Shown in pieces: positions 9,116 to 18,107 of a stretch of 64,000 nt of DNA. Location: contig SCQT01000032.1 of the NCBI GenBank assembly GCA_004322015.1, positions 44,981 to 108,980 of the forward strand. Direction: 5' to 3'. The position numbers and the translations under genes were made by a program. Below the pieces are notes generated by a model. It was not told the DNA's origin and ran no database searches. It saw nothing but the letters and a program-made list of their open reading frames with translations. Origin of the DNA: Chitinophagaceae bacterium. GTDB lineage: Bacteria; Bacteroidota; Bacteroidia; Chitinophagales; Chitinophagaceae. Positions within the stretch are counted from its first letter, which is position 1. Every line of letters begins with the position of its first letter.

Positions 9116-10075
9116 ATGAAAAAGTATATATTCAGTATGTTGTTTGCCATTGCGACAATCTGCTTAGTATCCTGCTCAAAATTAGAAAGTAATATGGATA
9201 ATCAAAATAGTATTGGCTTATCTAATTCTAATGTTAAAAAATCAAATTCTTCACCCAATGTGCCTGAATGTCCTCCTGGATATCACTGGAATTGGGATTC
9301 TGGCAAATGCGTAGCGGACGATTGTCCTACAGGGTATCATTGGGATAATTTGAAAAGTGCGTGTGTGGTCAACACCATTTATGTTATAGCAAATCCACAA
9401 AATCCTGATGATTCGATCGGTTCAAGACATAACCAGGCTTTAAGTTCAATAATGCCAGAGGTTTCATCTACTACTACTGATTCAGAAGTGGTACAACTAA
9501 CTATTAATTATTTAGTACCTTATGGATATGATACAACAGAAATCTGGATGGAATATGATATATCTGATAGTTTAAGGCTTTTCGGTTATAGCGCAATAGA
9601 TAGTTTAGCGTATAAGATGTATGCTAACGGAGAGATTAGTAGTACAGCCGAGAGTTATATGCTTGATCTATCTTCGTTATTGAACAATGTAATTGGTAAT
9701 AATGATCCAATTGATTCAATCTATGATGTTTTTGCCAATGATGCCATTTACCATGAAAATGAAATCAACTCCGATAATTCTTTATCTTCTGATGAAAAGA
9801 CAATGCTTTTATCAGGATATGCCATTGCTCGATATAGTGCCGCCTACTGGGGAAACTATTTAAATAGTAACTCTGGAAATAGCCCTTCTTATCAGGTTCA
9901 AATGAGTTTTCTCAAAAAATTTTGGAAACAAATAATAGGAGCAGACGGCGCAGGAAGCGTTGTCGGTGGAGGGAATGCTGCAGCTCATAAACAGCATGTA
10001 GGCCATTGGGGCCTCATTGGTGGTATTATTGGGTCTGCAGCTGAGGCTGTAAAAGATTTTTTTCAATCTATTTAA
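9116..10075 (+). CDS. Orphan lipoprotein with a duplicated CPxGYHW Cys module and a C-terminal glycine-zipper segment
   Basis: Signal peptide with lipobox (LVSC). The sequence CPPGYHWNWDSGKC..CPTGYHWDNLKSAC is encoded at nt 9269-9364. The C-terminus is GADGAGSVVGGG...GLIGGIIGSAAEA. Confidence 0.5.
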   Translation: MKKYIFSMLFAIATICLVSCSKLESNMDNQNSIGLSNSNVKKSNSSPNVPECPPGYHWNWDSGKCVADDCPTGYHWDNLKSACVVNTIYVIANPQNPDDSIGSRHNQALSSIMPEVSSTTTDSEVVQLTINYLVPYGYDTTEIWMEYDISDSLRLFGYSAIDSLAYKMYANGEISSTAESYMLDLSSLLNNVIGNNDPIDSIYDVFANDAIYHENEINSDNSLSSDEKTMLLSGYAIARYSAAYWGNYLNSNSGNSPSYQVQMSFLKKFWKQIIGADGAGSVVGGGNAAAHKQHVGHWGLIGGIIGSAAEAVKDFFQSI

Positions 10076-10120
10076 TCCTATAATTTTATTACCTTTTTAA
10101 AGTTTTCTAATTATTGCCTT

Positions 10121-11104
10121 ATGAATATTATCAGGCATGGAGTATTTATACTGGTACTTTTTCTAAATACGCTTATCGCTAAAGCACAGGATAGTATCTT
10201 TTTAAGACTAAGGTTAGTGAAAGGTGAAAATTATGAATATACCTATTCACGATGGGATACTATTCAAGGAAATACCTCTTTTCTGTTTTTGCGGCATAGG
10301 CTTAAAGTTCCACATCAAAGTATTGCGGGAACACTTATGATAATAAAAGATATTGATTCAAATGGTAATTATGTGTTAGAAGCAGAACAAAATAAACTGA
10401 GGCTTACCTTGCAGATACCTTTTATAGGAACCGTTAATTATGATTCAGATAGTTCAGGCTTTAATAAGAATCTTTTAAGAGGCAGTGTTATTGAGAATAT
10501 TTATAATAATGAATTTTCAGCCGTCCTACATCATCCATTTAAAATTATTCTGTCTTCTTCAGGCAAGGTGATTTCAGTGAGCGGTATGAAGCAGGTCATG
10601 GAAGCAGTTAAAGACAGTGTTGAAAGTGTGTCCGACTTATCCATGACCCAAAAAGATCAGATTTTTAAAAATCTTTCGAAAGACTATAACGATTTAGCTT
10701 ATAAAAGTGATCTGAACTCATTTTTTGATGTATATCCAGATCATCGGGTAGCAATAGGGGACCAATGGAAAAAGGAATTATTTACAGGTATTGTTAATCC
10801 GGAAAGAGATACTTATTACTATTCCTTAAAAAATATTCGTGGCGATTCGGTATTTATTGATGTGAAAGGAGATATTTATTCTCCGGGGGATACCGCTGCG
10901 AATGGCACTCCTACTTTAATGACAGGAACATTGACAGGAACTCTTATCTTTGACAAAAATACCGGAGTGATTCTGGAGGAAAGAACCTATTCCTATGCTA
11001 CAGGAACTGATATATTTAATAAAAAAATAGTGAAAACGCAATCTTCGTCTAAAGAGGTTGATGAAATGAAGCTGCTTTCTCCTAATGCTGCTAAGAGCCA
11101 TTAA
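10121..11104 (+). CDS. Secreted hypothetical protein
   Basis: Signal peptide ending in AKAQ. The ORF is a long uninterrupted AT-rich frame. No family was recognised with confidence. Confidence 0.45.
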   Translation: MNIIRHGVFILVLFLNTLIAKAQDSIFLRLRLVKGENYEYTYSRWDTIQGNTSFLFLRHRLKVPHQSIAGTLMIIKDIDSNGNYVLEAEQNKLRLTLQIPFIGTVNYDSDSSGFNKNLLRGSVIENIYNNEFSAVLHHPFKIILSSSGKVISVSGMKQVMEAVKDSVESVSDLSMTQKDQIFKNLSKDYNDLAYKSDLNSFFDVYPDHRVAIGDQWKKELFTGIVNPERDTYYYSLKNIRGDSVFIDVKGDIYSPGDTAANGTPTLMTGTLTGTLIFDKNTGVILEERTYSYATGTDIFNKKIVKTQSSSKEVDEMKLLSPNAAKSH

Positions 11105-11119
11105 AAAAATCACCTTTTA

Positions 11120-11165
11120 TCATCTGGACTGCACCGCTTTCATAGGTGAAATTCTTCGGATAATC
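11120..11165. repeat. Orphan copy of the 3' end of the lolE-like gene (left direct repeat)
   Basis: 44/46 identical to 13447-13492. On the minus strand it still reads IIRRISPMKAVQSR-stop but has no gene body attached. Confidence 0.9.
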
Positions 11166-11248
11166 TCTGATTACTATCATTGCAAGAATTGATTCCAATC
11201 ATTCGTTTTTCTTTTAACAAGATCAATATTTGTGTACAATTTATAAAG

Positions 11249-11653
11249 ATGAGGAGGTTAATAACGAGTGTTATTATTTTTTTTTCGGCCAGTACCTTTT
11301 TTTCAGAAGCAAGTGTGGCTCAATCAGGCAAATTTGTTGCTCCGTCGTGGACCGATACATTAGTTAATCCGGTTAAGAATAATCGGGAGGCTACTTTAGG
11401 CGGGAAGCATTTGTACCAGACCGATTGTGCTCCCTGTCATGGTAACGAAGGGAAGGGAAATGGTATAGCAGCTGCCGGTTTATCCGTACCACCGGTGGAC
11501 CACACTTCTGCAGCAGTACAAAGACAAAGTGACGGAGCTCTTTTCTGGATGATCACCAACGGACACCTTCCGATGCCTTCCTTTAAGCTTATTTTGACAA
11601 CTCAGCAGCGGTGGGAACTAGTAAGTTTTATACGAACACTGAAAAAACATTAA
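11249..11653 (+). CDS. Monoheme c-type cytochrome (class I-like)
   Basis: Signal peptide, CAPCH heme-binding site and a downstream Met ligand region (HLPMPSF). The ATG at 11249 is preferred over the track start at 11180. Confidence 0.75.
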   Translation: MRRLITSVIIFFSASTFFSEASVAQSGKFVAPSWTDTLVNPVKNNREATLGGKHLYQTDCAPCHGNEGKGNGIAAAGLSVPPVDHTSAAVQRQSDGALFWMITNGHLPMPSFKLILTTQQRWELVSFIRTLKKH

Positions 11654-11829
11654 TATTAATAAGACGAGCAGGATTGGGAGAAATAAAATCCGGAAGGAAT
11701 CAAATGAACTGTCTATTAAAGATTTATTAAGAAGTTTCGGACGGAACCGGATATGATAATTAGTAATAAACCAGGTAATGATTGTGGATTGGTTTTATCC
11801 CATCTTTTAAAATAATAAAATATTTAGTG

Positions 11830-12978
11830 ATGAAGAAATATACTATTTTATTCGTTATGGGGTTACTTCTTTATGCTAAAGTAATAGATGCTCAGGATAC
11901 AGGAACTTCCAATTCGCCAGCACCCGGCTCTCAAAGTTTCCTTCTTACGGGTTCGGGTTCGGTATTATATACCGCATCAAAAGATGCAAGCTCTTTTTCA
12001 CCAGAGACATTGCTTTTGATGTCACTGGCCAAAATTAATGACAGGTTATTTTTAGAAGGAGGAGTAAAAATGGAGATGCAGGATAATGGTGATTTTGCCT
12101 TTGGGCTGGAAGTACTCAACTTGCATTACAGGATTAATCCATGGCTGACTTTTCATATTGGCAAGTTTCCCGCACCGTGGGGAAATGTACTTGATATGTT
12201 CGGGGAGGGATTTGTAGGCCGGTTTCCTGTTTCTCCAATAGGATTTGCTGATGACGGAATGGGACCAACCGATCAGGTTGGGTTTGGTTTCCAGGGTGGT
12301 ATTCAAACCGGGGATGCTAAAATGCTATATGATGTTTATGTAGCCAATGGTCCGCAACTAATTGTTGACGAAGGCCCAAAGGAAGGCAATATGACAGGGC
12401 ACATGGATTATGGCTCATTGAGTGATAATAATAAAAATAAAGCAATTGGGGGTAAAATCGGGATACTTCCATTTTCCAATTCCTGTTTACAGGTAGATGT
12501 ATTCGGGCAATACGCCGGTAAAACGGGAGACAGAGGTAGCGATTATGAGAATGTAGGAAGCTCATCCTACGGAGCAGATTTTAATTTCTACAAAATGTTC
12601 TCCTCATTGTTGGTCAGATTCATGGGACAATACGAAGCCACCAGTACGCAAAATGTCAATTATAAAATGTTCAATGGTACTGATACCGCCAATTATACCT
12701 TTGACAATAGTGGGAATGTATGGTATTTAGCGGGTACGCTCAGACCCTCCGGATTACAAAACAAATACATAAGGAATATAGAAATTGGAGCCAGGTATGT
12801 GGATTACTCCCCCCCAGAAGAAGCGCTGTGGGGTGGGCTACCCCAGCGCCAGCTTACATTTGACCTGACCTATTGGTTTACATGGAGCAGTCAGATAAAT
12901 TTCGGGTATGACATTATTAGTCGGTCTGGCGCGGAAACCAGCAGGCAATTCGTCGTACGTGCTCTCTATAAATTTTAA
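11830..12978 (+). CDS. Porin-like outer membrane beta-barrel protein
   Basis: Signal peptide ending in DAQ, alternating beta-strand pattern, G/Y/N-rich composition and a C-terminal ...ALYKF. Confidence 0.6.
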   Translation: MKKYTILFVMGLLLYAKVIDAQDTGTSNSPAPGSQSFLLTGSGSVLYTASKDASSFSPETLLLMSLAKINDRLFLEGGVKMEMQDNGDFAFGLEVLNLHYRINPWLTFHIGKFPAPWGNVLDMFGEGFVGRFPVSPIGFADDGMGPTDQVGFGFQGGIQTGDAKMLYDVYVANGPQLIVDEGPKEGNMTGHMDYGSLSDNNKNKAIGGKIGILPFSNSCLQVDVFGQYAGKTGDRGSDYENVGSSSYGADFNFYKMFSSLLVRFMGQYEATSTQNVNYKMFNGTDTANYTFDNSGNVWYLAGTLRPSGLQNKYIRNIEIGARYVDYSPPEEALWGGLPQRQLTFDLTYWFTWSSQINFGYDIISRSGAETSRQFVVRALYKF

Positions 12979-13050
12979 TAGAAGGAATGAGGAAATAGAT
13001 GACATGAAAATTTAATTGCGCAGTTATACAGATACGAAAATTATGATAAG

Positions 13051-13329
13051 ATGAAAAGAATATTCGCACCGATAGCAGTTGTCTCAGGAATACTGGTCCT
13101 TTTCTTCGGCATAATGTCTGCGAATAGTTGTAAAACCCCGGCAGCAATAACAAATAAATCCGGAGCCCAACTATGGGCTGAGAATTGTAATAGGTGTCAC
13201 AATGCCCCTCCACCGGAGATTTATAGCAATGCACAGTGGGAGGTAGTAGGAGAGCATATGCGTTACAAGGCTAACCTTACAGATGAGGAAGTGAGAAAGA
13301 TAGTTGCATTTCTTAAGGCCTCCAAATGA
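13051..13329 (+). CDS. Small membrane-anchored or lipoprotein c-type cytochrome
   Basis: N-terminal hydrophobic segment with Cys (ANSC), a single CNRCH heme motif and a conserved-looking HMR region. Confidence 0.6.
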   Translation: MKRIFAPIAVVSGILVLFFGIMSANSCKTPAAITNKSGAQLWAENCNRCHNAPPPEIYSNAQWEVVGEHMRYKANLTDEEVRKIVAFLKASK

Positions 13330-13446
13330 AAAGGATGTTTAAGTGAAAATAAACGTATTACAAGATGAGCTAAGGATTTTCCTGAAGAGGATTATTTATA
13401 GCCCTCCCCTGATTCCGTTGTTATTTATTTAGAAAAGATTTTCTTT

Positions 13447-13492
13447 TCATCTGAACTGCACCGCTTTCACAGGTGAAATTCTTCGGATAATC
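13447..13492. repeat. Right direct repeat (genuine 3' end of the lolE-like gene)
   Basis: Pairs with 11120-11165. It encodes IIRRISPVKAVQFR-stop on the minus strand. Confidence 0.9.
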
Positions 13493-14682
13493 AGGGAAGG
13501 AATAATCAAGACCAACAGGCAAACGATAAGTGTGCCCACATCAATCACTGCCACCTGCCACCATTTGAATTCAATAGGGACAGTAGGCATATAATAAATA
13601 GACTCATTCAGCTTGAGAAGCCCTGTAGCCTTTTGAATCCAGCCTAAACATAATCCGATGATATTCCCGATCAGCAATCCTGTTAAAACGATGTATCCTG
13701 CTTGGTAAATAAATATTTTCTGCAGGGATTCATTCCGCATACCTAAAGATTTAAGAATGCCTACCATATTAGTTCGCTCCAGAATTAAGATCAGCAGGGC
13801 AGTCACCATGTTAATGATAGCTACGATAGCCATAATAATAATGATGATCAGCTCATTCATGTTCTGCAGATTGAGCCAGTCGAAGATGTTGGGAAAAATC
13901 TGATGAATGGTGCTGGAGGTCAGGTACTGAGGCAATACCCTGTTATATAAGGTATTGCTTACCGAATCCATATTTTTATAATTATTCACCGTCACCTCAT
14001 AACCGCCAATATCATCGGGCTCCCAGTCGCTCAGACGGCGCAGCAGGTCCAGATCGCCTATTATAAAAGTCTTATCATAATCTTCAATGCTGGTCTTGTA
14101 TATACCCGCTACTGTCAGTTTTCTTGCCTGCGGGGTCAAATCTCCTTTTTGAACAAAAAAGATGATCACCGGATCATTTATTTTCACTTTCAGTTCACGA
14201 GCCAGATAAGCAGACAGGATCACCTGCTGAGAATAACCACTGTCGGGAAATTGAATGACATGCCCGGCAATCAGATAAGGCTTCAGATGTAACCAGTGAT
14301 AGTTTCTTCCGACTCCCTTAAAAACCACTCCTTCAATTTCATCTTTTGCCTTCAAAATAGCGGAACGTGTAGCATATTCATCCACTGATTTGATGTCGGG
14401 AACTGCTTTGATGGCATTGATCAGCGAGTCACTGGATTCAAAAGGGACTTCTTCCGTTACTAATCCGCCGTAAGGCTGATAGCGGGTGATATGAATATGG
14501 CCCCAAAAACCGAACACCTTTTGACTGACTGTTTTTTGAAAACCGTTGACAAGGGCAGTCGCCAATATCATAACCGCCACACTCAGGGCAGTGGCTGTAA
14601 TGGCAATATGGATAATAAACCGGGAAAAAGTACGTTCCCTGTTAAATGCAATCCTTCCGGCAATAAAAAACGGCAGTTTCAA
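13447..14682 (-). CDS. Lipoprotein-releasing system / FtsX-like ABC transporter permease (LolC/E family)
   Basis: Typical N-terminus (K)LPFFIAGRI, four TM segments and the MacB/FtsX C-terminal domain. A TTG at 14682 gives a canonical N-terminus. The longer track ORF (to 14793) would overlap the divergent gene. Confidence 0.8.
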   Translation of the reverse strand: MKLPFFIAGRIAFNRERTFSRFIIHIAITATALSVAVMILATALVNGFQKTVSQKVFGFWGHIHITRYQPYGGLVTEEVPFESSDSLINAIKAVPDIKSVDEYATRSAILKAKDEIEGVVFKGVGRNYHWLHLKPYLIAGHVIQFPDSGYSQQVILSAYLARELKVKINDPVIIFFVQKGDLTPQARKLTVAGIYKTSIEDYDKTFIIGDLDLLRRLSDWEPDDIGGYEVTVNNYKNMDSVSNTLYNRVLPQYLTSSTIHQIFPNIFDWLNLQNMNELIIIIIMAIVAIINMVTALLILILERTNMVGILKSLGMRNESLQKIFIYQAGYIVLTGLLIGNIIGLCLGWIQKATGLLKLNESIYYMPTVPIEFKWWQVAVIDVGTLIVCLLVLIIPSLIIRRISPVKAVQFR

Positions 14683-14743
14683 AATAATTAATAGCTTTGG
14701 AAATCGAATTCTAAAAATCAAACCTACGGGTTTTTCATCAGAT

Positions 14744-16024
14744 ATGGAGTTACGCAAAATATTTTTTTTAGGTGTGTGTTGTATGATTGCCATAAATGCA
14801 TTTGCACAGGTTAATGAGATTACCCCCGACCATGTTTATTTGAATAACATTAAAACCGTCATGCTGACGCAACCGGGAAACCCCACGGGATTGCCGGATG
14901 TTACCTTAGGCAGCAGCGACCAGCTTTCCCTGAGTTTTGATGATCTGGACGGAGATGTGAAAAATTATTATTATACCCTTGTGTTGTGCAATTCAGACTG
15001 GAAACCCGCACAACTGAATCCGTTTGATTATCTGAATGGTTTTATAGAGAATCATATTGATAATTATCATTTTTCTACTTTTCCCTTACAACACTATACT
15101 CATTATTCAGTTAATATTCCCAATAGTAACTGCATGCCCACCCGGTCCGGGAATTATCTTTTAAAAGTCTATTTGAACAGTGATACCTCACAAGTGGCAT
15201 TTACGCGGCGGATGTATGTGGTGACCAGTAAAGCCATTATTCAGGGAAATATCCAGCAACCGGTGGATCCCAGGATATTTCAAACTGACCAAAGAGTGAA
15301 TTTTACAGTCAACCTGCAGGGACTCAATGTCAATAACCCCATTTCACAAATCAAAGTATTCATTTTGCAAAACGGAAGGTGGGATAATGCATTAAAAAAT
15401 GTAAAACCTACTTTTGTAAAAGCCGATGAACTGGATTTTAATGCAGTGGACAACTGTGTTTTTCCCGCATTAAAAGAATGGCGGTGGGTTGATCTGCGGA
15501 GCTTCCGGTTGAATACAGAAAGAGTTTCACATATTGAATATGGGCAAAACAGCACGGATGTGTATTTATTTCCGGACTACAACAGGTCTAACGAAAAATA
15601 TATTTATCGCAGCGATCTCAATGGCGCTTATTATCCCGCCATGTTAGAGCAGGGATACAATCCGGATTATGACGGGGATTATGCTACTGTTCATTTCAAA
15701 TTCGTGGCGCCGGCTCCTTTTGTAAATACCAGGGTGTACGTCTTTGGCGCGTTGACCAATTATGAGTGCAATGAATCCAATCAGCTTACATACAACGGCA
15801 CAGACGGAGCCTATGAAGGTACTTTATACCTGAAGCAGGGTTATTATAATTATATGTATGGCGTCATCAGAAACGGTACCCACACCTTAGATATGGATAA
15901 TACGGAAGGTAACTGGTGGGAAACTGAAAATAATTATACCATTCTGGTCTATTATCGTCCGTTAGGCGGAAGGGCAGACGAACTAATCGGAATAAGGACT
16001 CTTAATTCATTGACTAACAGATAA
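14744..16024 (+). CDS. DUF5103 / T9SS plug-domain family protein
   Basis: Signal peptide from the ATG at 14744. The region YYYTLVLCNSDWKPAQL...YLNGF...YTHYSVNIPN...SGNYLLKVY matches my memory of the DUF5103 family. Confidence 0.55.
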   Translation: MELRKIFFLGVCCMIAINAFAQVNEITPDHVYLNNIKTVMLTQPGNPTGLPDVTLGSSDQLSLSFDDLDGDVKNYYYTLVLCNSDWKPAQLNPFDYLNGFIENHIDNYHFSTFPLQHYTHYSVNIPNSNCMPTRSGNYLLKVYLNSDTSQVAFTRRMYVVTSKAIIQGNIQQPVDPRIFQTDQRVNFTVNLQGLNVNNPISQIKVFILQNGRWDNALKNVKPTFVKADELDFNAVDNCVFPALKEWRWVDLRSFRLNTERVSHIEYGQNSTDVYLFPDYNRSNEKYIYRSDLNGAYYPAMLEQGYNPDYDGDYATVHFKFVAPAPFVNTRVYVFGALTNYECNESNQLTYNGTDGAYEGTLYLKQGYYNYMYGVIRNGTHTLDMDNTEGNWWETENNYTILVYYRPLGGRADELIGIRTLNSLTNR

Positions 16025-16033
16025 TCATAGCTC

Positions 16034-16771
16034 TTATTGATGATTTAATTTTGCAGCATAACCAAATACCTTTTGCAGCAAAGGGGTAGTCCTTGCACTG
16101 AATTGTTCCCTGATCTGCTTTTCTTTCTGCCCGATCACTACAAATAATCCATTGATCGCCTGTTGGGTCACATAAGCGGTCAGATCAGTTTGTACTGGCT
16201 TTACAAAAGGAATTTTGTTATATTGATTGGTTACATCGCTCCAGTATTTCGTCGCATTCACCTGGTTCAGGCTGCTGGAGATTATCGGTCTGAATTGCTG
16301 TGTAAGCTGAGCAGTGGTGGTTCTCTTAAAATAAGCAGTGGCGGCTGTGTCCGGGCCGGTCAGGATATTCATGGCATCGCCTAAAGTCATTTGTTTCAAA
16401 GCGTTCATGAATATAGGGGTTGCCTGTTTGGCGGCATTTTCAGCAGCCCGGTTCAAAGAAAGCTCCACCTTATCACAAAGGCCGCCTAATCCGATATCAC
16501 GAAGCGTATTTTCCACTTTAACAGCAGCGGGAGGGAACAATATCCTGATCATTGGATTATCAAAATATCCGTTCACTGCGGAAACCTGCTTTACCCCGTC
16601 TGTGATACCGATTTGTAAAGCCTGCCTGATACCCGAACCAATTTCGCTGTTTGTAGGAGTGCTGCCGGTATTGGAAATACCTCCCGTATCTATTTGCCCA
16701 AGCGTGTCACAGGAAGAAAAACAGAAGAAAAATACTAATGACAGGACTGATGGAAAAATTAATTTTTTCAT
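16034..16771 (-). CDS. DUF4197 family lipoprotein
   Basis: Signal peptide with lipobox (FSSC). The region IRQALQIGITDGVKQVSAVNGYFDNPMIRILFPP is typical of DUF4197. Confidence 0.6.
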   Translation of the reverse strand: MKKLIFPSVLSLVFFFCFSSCDTLGQIDTGGISNTGSTPTNSEIGSGIRQALQIGITDGVKQVSAVNGYFDNPMIRILFPPAAVKVENTLRDIGLGGLCDKVELSLNRAAENAAKQATPIFMNALKQMTLGDAMNILTGPDTAATAYFKRTTTAQLTQQFRPIISSSLNQVNATKYWSDVTNQYNKIPFVKPVQTDLTAYVTQQAINGLFVVIGQKEKQIREQFSARTTPLLQKVFGYAAKLNHQ

Positions 16772-16846
16772 TTTAAACGGTTGATCTGAAGTCTAAAATT
16801 ACCGGATAAAATTTTATGTACAAAAAACTTTCCTTCAGGAAACAAA

Positions 16847-18030
16847 TTACCGGATTAATTCTTGAAAGAAATCCTTGATATCTTCCGCTAACAAACGGGG
16901 CTGCTCCATGGCAGCGAAATGCCCTCCAAAAGGCATTTCTGTCCATCGGCAGATATTAAATCCTTTTTCAATATAAGCACGTGGCGGGGTTGGCAATTCC
17001 ATGGGGAATTTCGCAAAGGCAACAGGAACTTTAACAAAATCTTTTTCTCCTAGTGTTAAAGGAGTTTTGCTGTTCTCATTATAAATTCGAATGGATAAAT
17101 GGATTGTCTGTGTAACCCAATAAAGTGTCACATTTGCAAGCAATTGGTGTTTTGAAAATATATTTTCAATGTCTCCATGGTTATCACTCCATCCGTTGAA
17201 TTTTTCAATTATCCAGGCACATAATCCGATAGGCGAATCATTTAAGCCATAAGCTAAAGTCAATGGTTTTGTACTATGCTGATGGGAATAAGCCCCTTCA
17301 GTAAAGTACCAGTTTCCTGCGGATTTTTGAAATTCCATAACCTCTTCTGATAAGAGGTTATTTCTCTTCAGGAATGGTTTGTAGGAACCGGAAATATAAT
17401 TAAGATGTAATCCTATAACGCTTTCCGCGTATTTTAGCCCCATCCATGTGCTAATTCCTGAGCCGATATCTCCACCCTGTGCTCCATATTTTTTGTAGCC
17501 TAACTCGAGCATTAATCGGTGCCAGAGGTTTGCAACAAAGATGCTGTTACAACCGGGTGAGTTATTTTATCAGAAAATCCAAAGCCGGGTACCGAAGGAA
17601 TTATCACATCAAAAGAAAAATCTGCATTATTGACGAGCAGAGGAATAAGATGCATCATTTCCAGAAATGAACCCGGCCACCCGTGCGTTATTATTAGTGG
17701 GACAGAGCGCTTTCCTTTCCCTTTTATATGCAAAAAGTGAATTTTATATCCTTCGATGTCTGCGATAAAATTCGGAAATGAATTTATTTCATCTTCCACC
17801 ATTCTCCAGTTGAAAGTATTAAACCAGTAATCAGCCATATCTTTCATGTATGACAAATTAGTCCCGTAACTCCATCGTGAATCCATTATTTCGTCAGGCC
17901 AATGGGTATTTCTAATTCTTAACATTAAATCGTCAAGAACTTGCTGAGGTACGTTTACATTAAATGGTTTTATCATTTCATGATGGGTTAAAGTAATCTT
18001 TATTAGTATTTTTTCACCCCCTTTTTGCAA
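16847..18030 (-). pseudogene. Epoxide hydrolase (microsomal-type EHN + alpha/beta hydrolase) split by a -1 frameshift
   Basis: The upstream ORF ends ...HGWPGSF...PGFGFSDKITHPVV..stop. Shifting frame at the CCCGG run (forward 17553-17557) reads ...ITHPGCNSIFVANLWHRLMLELGYKKYGAQGGDIGS and continues into ORF 16847-17512. Confidence 0.75.
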
Positions 18031-18043
18031 GAAACAATACCGG

Positions 18044-18081
18044 AATAAAAAGCCCTGCCTGAAAATATTCAGTACAGGGCT
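18044..18081 (-). terminator. Rho-independent terminator of trxA
   Basis: On the minus strand, the stem AGCCCTG / CAGGGCT is followed by TTTTATT. Confidence 0.55.
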
Positions 18082-18107
18082 GGCTTATTTTTTATAAGGG
18101 ATTTTTC

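Noticed and set aside
11120-11165. The orphan lolE 3' copy as the end of a real small gene.
   Set aside because: Only 14 codons plus the stop are retained. Upstream on the minus strand there is no start codon or continuation of the permease sequence.
14546-14743. The N-terminal extension of the DUF5103-like ORF as given in the ORF track.
   Set aside because: It overlaps the lolE-like gene on the opposite strand and lacks a signal peptide. The ATG at 14744 gives a clean signal peptide.
16338-16784. The 148-aa plus-strand ORF opposite the DUF4197 gene.
   Set aside because: It is antisense to a gene with a clear signal peptide and family signature, and has no features of its own.
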